From contig UQZC01000001.1 of NCBI GenBank assembly GCA_900545505.1, forward strand, positions 1 to 38,727: a stretch of 38,727 nt of DNA, in the 5' to 3' direction. The DNA is from an uncultured Collinsella sp. (GTDB taxonomy: Bacteria > Actinomycetota > Coriobacteriia > Coriobacteriales > Coriobacteriaceae). This document shows, piece by piece, positions 33,683 to 38,727 of this stretch. The position numbers and the translations under genes are program-made. The first letter of the stretch is position 1. The number at the start of each line of letters is the position of its first letter. The notes below the pieces were generated by a model. The model had not been told where the DNA came from, did not search any database, and was given only the letters and a program-made list of their open reading frames with translations.

Positions 33683-33961
33683 ATGAGCAACACACAGGAA
33701 ATCGTTCAACGACTCGAACGCGAGATAGCAGACCGATCTGCCGCAGTTGAGGAGGTTGATGCTTTTAAGAACCAGCTCGCACGGGCCATCAAGGCCTTTA
33801 TGGCCGCCGACGAGGCAGTTCGCGGCCTCAACGACCATGACAGCGAGATCGACACCAAAATTGCAGCTGCTATTGACGAGCATCTTCGAGCAATCGACAG
33901 ACTGTGCCGCTTCGGCATCGACGGTGGATTCGGCGAGGAGCATCCCGTAAAGGAGTACTAG
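33683..33961 (+). CDS. Small helical/coiled-coil hypothetical protein
   Basis: 92 aa, RBS AAAGGA, amphipathic helical pattern. Confidence 0.6.
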   Translation: MSNTQEIVQRLEREIADRSAAVEEVDAFKNQLARAIKAFMAADEAVRGLNDHDSEIDTKIAAAIDEHLRAIDRLCRFGIDGGFGEEHPVKEY

Positions 33962-33988
33962 ACCGCTGCATGGCCATGGAAGCCTCAT

Positions 33989-34354
33989 TTATTTGCGAAG
34001 AACATCGGCTAGCCGCAGGATTGAAATCATCGACCGATAAGTGAGTTCCACTTTTTCGCCCGCAAGCAGTCGTTTCGAGCCAATCTCATCTAGCCCCACA
34101 AGCCGAGAAAACAGCGGGCCGCTCATCGTGCCATCGTCAATTGATTCCCTTATGGTCTTCAAAACGTCCGTATCATGAAGCGATGCCGAGCTGTAGGGGG
34201 CAACACGAGCGGAACTCTCAATTAACGACGAGACAAAAGGATGGAGATGCTTTGGACATAGTCCATCAAATACCACATCCCCATTGTCATCCGAGCCGAC
34301 CAGGCGCCAAGTATAATGATCGACCCAGTCGTCTCCGTCATATATGGCGTCCAT
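33989..34354 (-). CDS. Hypothetical protein
   Basis: ORF starting MDAIYDG 15 nt after the upstream stop; no recognised motif. Confidence 0.45.
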   Translation of the reverse strand: MDAIYDGDDWVDHYTWRLVGSDDNGDVVFDGLCPKHLHPFVSSLIESSARVAPYSSASLHDTDVLKTIRESIDDGTMSGPLFSRLVGLDEIGSKRLLAGEKVELTYRSMISILRLADVLRK

Positions 34355-34368
34355 GAGCAACTTCCCGT

Positions 34369-34878
34369 CTAGAGAGAGAAACCTATTTGGACATCGGGGC
34401 GCAAGACCGCAAGCCATATCGGGCCTGCAGCAGCTCCAACCCAACGCACCACATAGGTTCCCTTTCGTACATGTGTATCAATCTGCCCCGAAATGCCGGT
34501 GAATGCAATTCCAGACCCGTTTGTCGGATAGCAATCGACGTATTTTTGTTTTCCGCTCACAACCTTGTATAGATATATCGTTCCAGCAAAAGAGAAGGGA
34601 TCGTTCGCAATTTTGTCCGGAAGAACTTGCCACCTCAAAATCCCGCTACCAATATGGTCAAGCTTGACCGTTCCGCCGTCCCCCTCAAAAGTGGCAAGGG
34701 GATTTACCCCAGACTGAGAGTCGGCATCGCCCTCCTTAGCAGTTATCAGCAGGCTGCCCGTATAAGACTGCTGAGGCTCACCTTCAGGACAGGCAGCCTC
34801 GGCCCAAGAAGGGCCACCCAGGCAGAACAGTCCGAGCAGCATCATTACCAACAAAAGAAAACCATTAGTTCTTTTCAT
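34369..34878 (-). CDS. Secreted hypothetical protein (beta-rich)
   Basis: Signal peptide MKRTNGFLLLVMMLLGLFCLGGPSWAEA; RBS GGGGA. Confidence 0.7.
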   Translation of the reverse strand: MKRTNGFLLLVMMLLGLFCLGGPSWAEAACPEGEPQQSYTGSLLITAKEGDADSQSGVNPLATFEGDGGTVKLDHIGSGILRWQVLPDKIANDPFSFAGTIYLYKVVSGKQKYVDCYPTNGSGIAFTGISGQIDTHVRKGTYVVRWVGAAAGPIWLAVLRPDVQIGFSL

Positions 34879-35645
34879 CTATATCCCCAACGTCTCTCGA
34901 CATTTGTATATCGTGACTATTTTAGATCTATATGGCCAATTCGGGCCCTCACCAGGGCAATTGTTGCAGCTGGGTTTCTTTCCATTGAAATTTCACTTTG
35001 GTAAATCCCCGCCCCTAAGCATTAAGCCCGAAGTCCACCGAGTGGGCAAAAGTAAAAGAGGGTCGAATCCGAAGCAGTTCCCAGACAATTGGCGTTCGGC
35101 CAGACACTTCGGTTCGGCCCTTTCTTTCCAGGACTCTATAACAGCAAAGCACCTGCTAGATGGGCTTTTTGTGGGTGGGTAATTGTAACAGCTGATTGAA
35201 CTGCAACGCGCTGGGGCCAATAGGGCGAGGCAAACTAGCGAGGCGTGCCGTCGCGAGTGTAATCGCCACGGTCGACGACGCGGTCGTCCAGCTGCCGCGG
35301 CACGGCGCCACCGCCGTGCTCCTGGCCCGCGGCGCGACAGAAGGAGACACTGTTGGGGCCGATGGGCTAAGACCGTTGCCGACCAAGTGCCATTAGCGTC
35401 CATTAGCACATGTCAAACCCGTCTGATTCTGTGGGTATAGGGCGGCATTTCGCTGAGGTCGGAAACTCCCGCAACCATTGATTGATTTCGACATGTTCGA
35501 AATTCATATTACGCATATGGGCAATCATCATATATAGGATCTCTCAAGTAACCTAAGCAACCGAACCGGGGCAGAAAGGCGTACAAACAAGCCGCGACGA
35601 ACAGCTTCTTCCGCATTTCTTTAGGCAAGCGAAAAGAGGGATGGC

Positions 35646-36074
35646 ATGACAGCCAAGAGCTACGTAAAGATCGTTATTGTTGGCTTTGTACTTTGTCTTG
35701 CAATGGTGCTATGTGCATCATTTGCGAGGTATAGGTCCGAGCAGTCGTTCATCGATGGCGCTGAAAATGGGTTTGGCATAGACGGGATATATGCCAGCGA
35801 TGGCGCGACCAGGCCGTCTATGGCGATTCTTGCAGGCGAAGACATGGAATGGCAAATCTGTAATGACGATGGCTCTTGTCTGAGTGGTCGTTTGGCCGCA
35901 ACGAGCGACCCGAATTCGTTCGATCTTCTCGACAATGATGGAGCGGATTGCGGTTCTGTTCACCTTTCATATGCATCGCGAGACGGTATGGACGGCATTC
36001 TCTACGTCTCCCACGAGACTGGCGATTTCAAGATGCGCAGGACTAACCGAGTGCCGGCTTTTATCGAGGAGTGA
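35646..36074 (+). CDS. Membrane-anchored or secreted hypothetical protein
   Basis: N-terminal hydrophobic helix (IVIVGFVLCLAMVLCASFA), RBS GAGGG. Confidence 0.7.
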   Translation: MTAKSYVKIVIVGFVLCLAMVLCASFARYRSEQSFIDGAENGFGIDGIYASDGATRPSMAILAGEDMEWQICNDDGSCLSGRLAATSDPNSFDLLDNDGADCGSVHLSYASRDGMDGILYVSHETGDFKMRRTNRVPAFIEE

Positions 36075-36119
36075 GAGTTCCCGGCGGCCTGCCGATCAGG
36101 CCGCCGGGGTATCGAATCC

Positions 36120-36582
36120 CACATTCATCCGTACACACACGGACGAATGCGGAAAGCAACCGTGGTATCCCTACAGGAATCGAATTCGCGAGGTTGTTGT
36201 CCTGGATACCTGGGCTCCGGAGAGCGGTAGATACCTGTTCGACGGACTGACCCAATGCAAGTCGTTCGACCTATTGAAACTCGATACATCGGATTGCACG
36301 ACCCTGGAGGGCATGTTCAGGGGATGTTCAAGCGTCACGGAGCTTTTTGATCTTGACCGTCTTGACACCTCAAACGTCGAGAACACGTCCTATATGTTCC
36401 TCAACTGCTTAGCGCTTAAGGCTGTCAGCATCTCGGGCTGGGAAACGTCCAAGATCTCAGACGTCAACCAGATGCTCAGCGGTTGTTCAACCTACATTCT
36501 CGCAACCGAGGGGCAGCGCGAGTTCCTGAACAAAATCACCGGCTCCACGCAGCACGGAATTTGGACCCGCAACCTTTCGTAG
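36120..36582 (+). pseudogene. BspA/DUF285-type leucine-rich-repeat surface protein fragment
   Basis: PWY..IREVVV then LDTSDCTTLEGMFRGCSSVTELFDL, LDTSNVENTSYMFLNCLALKAVSI, WETSKISDVNQMLSGCS; no convincing start or signal peptide. Confidence 0.6.
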
Positions 36583-36603
36583 CCCAGATCAAAATACCGG
36601 TTG

Positions 36604-36646
36604 TTTCCAGAAATCCTCCAGGCACCTTCTAGAGGATTTCTGGAAA
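36604..36646. terminator. Inverted repeat between convergent genes
   Basis: Perfect 15-bp arms TTTCCAGAAATCCTC / GAGGATTTCTGGAAA. Confidence 0.7.
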
Positions 36647-36657
36647 TGCAAATAGCT

Positions 36658-37923
36658 TTAGATTCCGAGCGTATCGACCGGAGCAACAACGATGCCTTCG
36701 CTAGTTACGTGAGCCGGCATACCAAACCCGATGACGATGAGTTTCGCCGCAGGCGGCCTCTCCCCGCGATCGACCAGCTTTCGCTCAAGTCGAAGCAGAT
36801 TTTCCACTGCCTCTGGGACTTGGGGGCTCCCGAGCTTAACCTCAACGGCAACCCACGAGCCGTCACGGCGATGGACAATCGCGTCGACCTCTAGGTCGTC
36901 AGCGTCGTGGTAGTGAGATACGGTCGCATCGCTGGCCGCCGCGTAAACCTTGAGATCGTGCAGCACAAGGGATTCGAAGAGCAAGCCAAGGGTCTTCGGA
37001 TCGGATGACAACGACTCCGGGTCCGCACCGATGAGGGCGACGGCGAGCGATGAGTCCGCAAGGTGCCGCTTCGCGCCCTGCCGCAACTTCACCGGCGACC
37101 TGAGAGCCGGATGCCACGCGGGGACATCGTCGACGATATTGATACGGCGCAGCGCGTCCATGTAGCCGGTAATCGTATTCTTTGATACGTCAACGCCCAA
37201 ATCCCTTTCGATGGACCTCATGCCGGCAAGAGTCGATTCATTGCGTGCAAGCGACGAGAGCAAGGCCCTTACCTTAACCGGGTCGCGTTTCACTCCATCC
37301 GCCCTCGAAACGTCAGACTCGCAAACACCGTCAATATAGGCGGCGGCTATCCGCATTGCGTCGGCAGTTGTCTTACCGACCGCTTGGGGCCAACCGCCGC
37401 GGCAGAGCAAATCCGCGATACCGGCGATACCGGCGATGGATCCGAGTGACGCCGCAACGGAATCGCCATCGAGCAGCGCACCAAGCGAGACCGCTCCCGA
37501 CGAAATACCGAGCTCGAAAAGCGTCATGGTATCCATCCGCAAACGGGCGATTCGACCCACACCGCTGTGCATCGGCTGGTTCTCGGCTCGCGGCGTCGCA
37601 GATCCGGTGAGAATGAACTGTCCTGGCTCCCCTCCCCTGACATCGCATTCGAATCGCACGGCATCCCATAGCTTCGGTTCTTCCTGCCATTCGTCGACAA
37701 GCCTCGGGGTCGGTCCGACAATTGCTTGGGCCGGATCGAGACGAGCGAGCTGGAGGGCCGCAAAACCGCCAGATGGGTCGGAGAGAGATAACGATGACTC
37801 GGCAAATCTCTGAGCTGTCGTTGTCTTTCCACACCATTTCGGCCCCTGAATGAGCACTGCACCAAAAATGCCAAGGTCGCGCTCGACCAAGCAGTCAACA
37901 CAACGTCCTATATACCTATCCAT
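36658..37923 (-). CDS. AAA-family ATPase with C-terminal DUF4143 domain, paralogue 2
   Basis: GPKWCGKTT, LVDEWQ, FILTGSA, GGWP, LFESL, EVDAIV..VEVKL; clearly homologous to 23769-25034; RBS GGAGG. Confidence 0.9.
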   Translation of the reverse strand: MDRYIGRCVDCLVERDLGIFGAVLIQGPKWCGKTTTAQRFAESSLSLSDPSGGFAALQLARLDPAQAIVGPTPRLVDEWQEEPKLWDAVRFECDVRGGEPGQFILTGSATPRAENQPMHSGVGRIARLRMDTMTLFELGISSGAVSLGALLDGDSVAASLGSIAGIAGIADLLCRGGWPQAVGKTTADAMRIAAAYIDGVCESDVSRADGVKRDPVKVRALLSSLARNESTLAGMRSIERDLGVDVSKNTITGYMDALRRINIVDDVPAWHPALRSPVKLRQGAKRHLADSSLAVALIGADPESLSSDPKTLGLLFESLVLHDLKVYAAASDATVSHYHDADDLEVDAIVHRRDGSWVAVEVKLGSPQVPEAVENLLRLERKLVDRGERPPAAKLIVIGFGMPAHVTSEGIVVAPVDTLGI

Positions 37924-37970
37924 CGGCTTTCCCTCCAATCATTCATTTGAAATTATAGCGTCTATCTGCG

Positions 37971-38053
37971 TCGTTGGGACAAATAACGATTACTTATTGG
38001 GACGATTGACGGTAATTTATTGGGACGATTGACGATAGCTCGTTGGGACGATT
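37971..38053. repeat. Four direct repeats with 23-bp period upstream of paralogue 2
   Basis: TTGGGAC cores at 37974, 37997, 38020, 38043; consensus approximately TTGGGACGATTGACG. Confidence 0.9.
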
Positions 38054-38111
38054 TCCATTTTCTTAAGGCACTAATCAACGAAACCCACTGTGAACTATGA
38101 GACGGATAAAT

Positions 38112-38330
38112 TTAGCTGACGCCTCTCATGAGTTCAGCAATGCTGATTTGAAATCCGTCGGCAATCTTCTTGAGATTTGAGAGGCTGACATTACGCCGAC
38201 CGACTTCAATGCTCGCGTAGTAGGAACGATCCATTTCAATCAAATTGGCGAACTGCTCCTGACTGCACCCGAGTCCAGCGCGGAGCTCTTTGCATCTCAT
38301 GCCGAATGATTTCTGAAGCGTCGTATCCAT
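38112..38330 (-). CDS. XRE/Cro-C1 HTH regulator (controller C-protein-like)
   Basis: FGMRCKELRAGLGCSQEQFA..MDRSYYASIEVGRRNVSLSNLKKIA. Confidence 0.88.
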   Translation of the reverse strand: MDTTLQKSFGMRCKELRAGLGCSQEQFANLIEMDRSYYASIEVGRRNVSLSNLKKIADGFQISIAELMRGVS

Positions 38331-38345
38331 GACAAAAAGAGTCAT

Positions 38346-38386
38346 GGATTGTTGTATAAAAGCCAATGGACTATATACAACAATCC
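38346..38386. promoter_or_regulatory. Inverted-repeat operator candidate between divergent genes
   Basis: GGATTGTTGTATA-N15-TATACAACAATCC, perfect 13-bp arms. Confidence 0.6.
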
Positions 38387-38469
38387 CAGTTAAGGCGCAT
38401 AATTATCTCTATTGGAAAGCGCTCTGATGCCCAGTCGGATAGGGCACGGAAAAGGAATGGAACAGCACA

Positions 38470-38727
38470 ATGACCCAGGGAAAGCACTTCGCTGCCGGTG
38501 GCGATCACTTCGCCGCACTGCCAAACAAAAAGATTCACACTCCGAAGGGGATCGCGCGTCTGACCGTCACCGCGGCGACCATGGCCGCCATGACCGGATC
38601 GAGCCTCATCTCACCGTTCACGGCATTTGCCCAGACCGGTGACGGGACCACGCAGCACCCCGCCGTGATGTCGCCGATCGCCGCCCACGCCGGCGCGGCA
38701 TCCGGTACCGGCGCGAAATCCGCCGCA
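38470..38727 (+). CDS. Secreted/cell-surface protein, N-terminal part (runs off the window)
   Basis: Open to the end: MTQGKHFAAGGDHFAALPNKKIHTPKGIARLTVTAATMAAMTGSSLISPFTAFA-QTGDG..; long signal peptide with AFA site. Confidence 0.7.
   Translation, partial: MTQGKHFAAGGDHFAALPNKKIHTPKGIARLTVTAATMAAMTGSSLISPFTAFAQTGDGTTQHPAVMSPIAAHAGAASGTGAKSAA

Larger units (their letters stand above)
22917..38727. mobile_element. Genomic island integrated in tRNA-Ala (far boundary outside the window)
   Basis: Truncated tRNA-Ala at the left edge, no core genes afterwards, lower and patchy GC, IS remnant, HTH genes and accessory cargo; no integrase inside the window. Confidence 0.8.

Noticed and set aside
37971..38053. 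Direct repeats as a mini CRISPR array (also 25061-25140)
   Set aside because: 23-bp period leaves no room for spacers, repeats are degenerate, and no cas genes are present
22917..38727. Island as a prophage
   Set aside because: No structural, terminase or lysis genes in the window

Overview
GC-rich actinobacterial chromosome segment; proteins look Coriobacteriia/Collinsella-like (inference, not searched). Bases 1-22.9 kb are core genome, mostly on the minus strand: carB-carA, a membrane protein, an ABC exporter, a Nudix hydrolase, purD, purA, dnaB, rplI-rpsR-ssb-rpsF with an S6:S18-type leader, two tRNA-Ser genes, a frameshifted DUF559/Vsr-like gene between REP-like palindromes, a TRIC-family membrane protein, a bactofilin-like membrane protein, typA, a gene broken by a 32-bp insertion, a DUF151 gene and tRNA-Ile. 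A 5'-truncated tRNA-Ala copy at 22860-22916 marks the att boundary of a genomic island that runs past the right end of the window. The island holds a hairpin-dense non-coding region, two AAA-ATPase/DUF4143 paralogues each preceded by four 23-bp-period repeats, an IS110 remnant, an HTH gene, a large inverted repeat with octamer tracts, small secreted/membrane genes and an XRE regulator. The main result is an AT-rich, translationally coupled putative RiPP cluster (26093-31369). It has a 39-aa precursor missing from the ORF track (MEKEEIELASDKSASDIEITVEELLDFGIDVDQVIQRRC), a B12-binding radical SAM enzyme, an MFS exporter, a 413-aa orphan and a ThiF/MccB-like adenylyltransferase with an RRE-like N-terminus. 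I do not recognise this combination as a characterised RiPP class.
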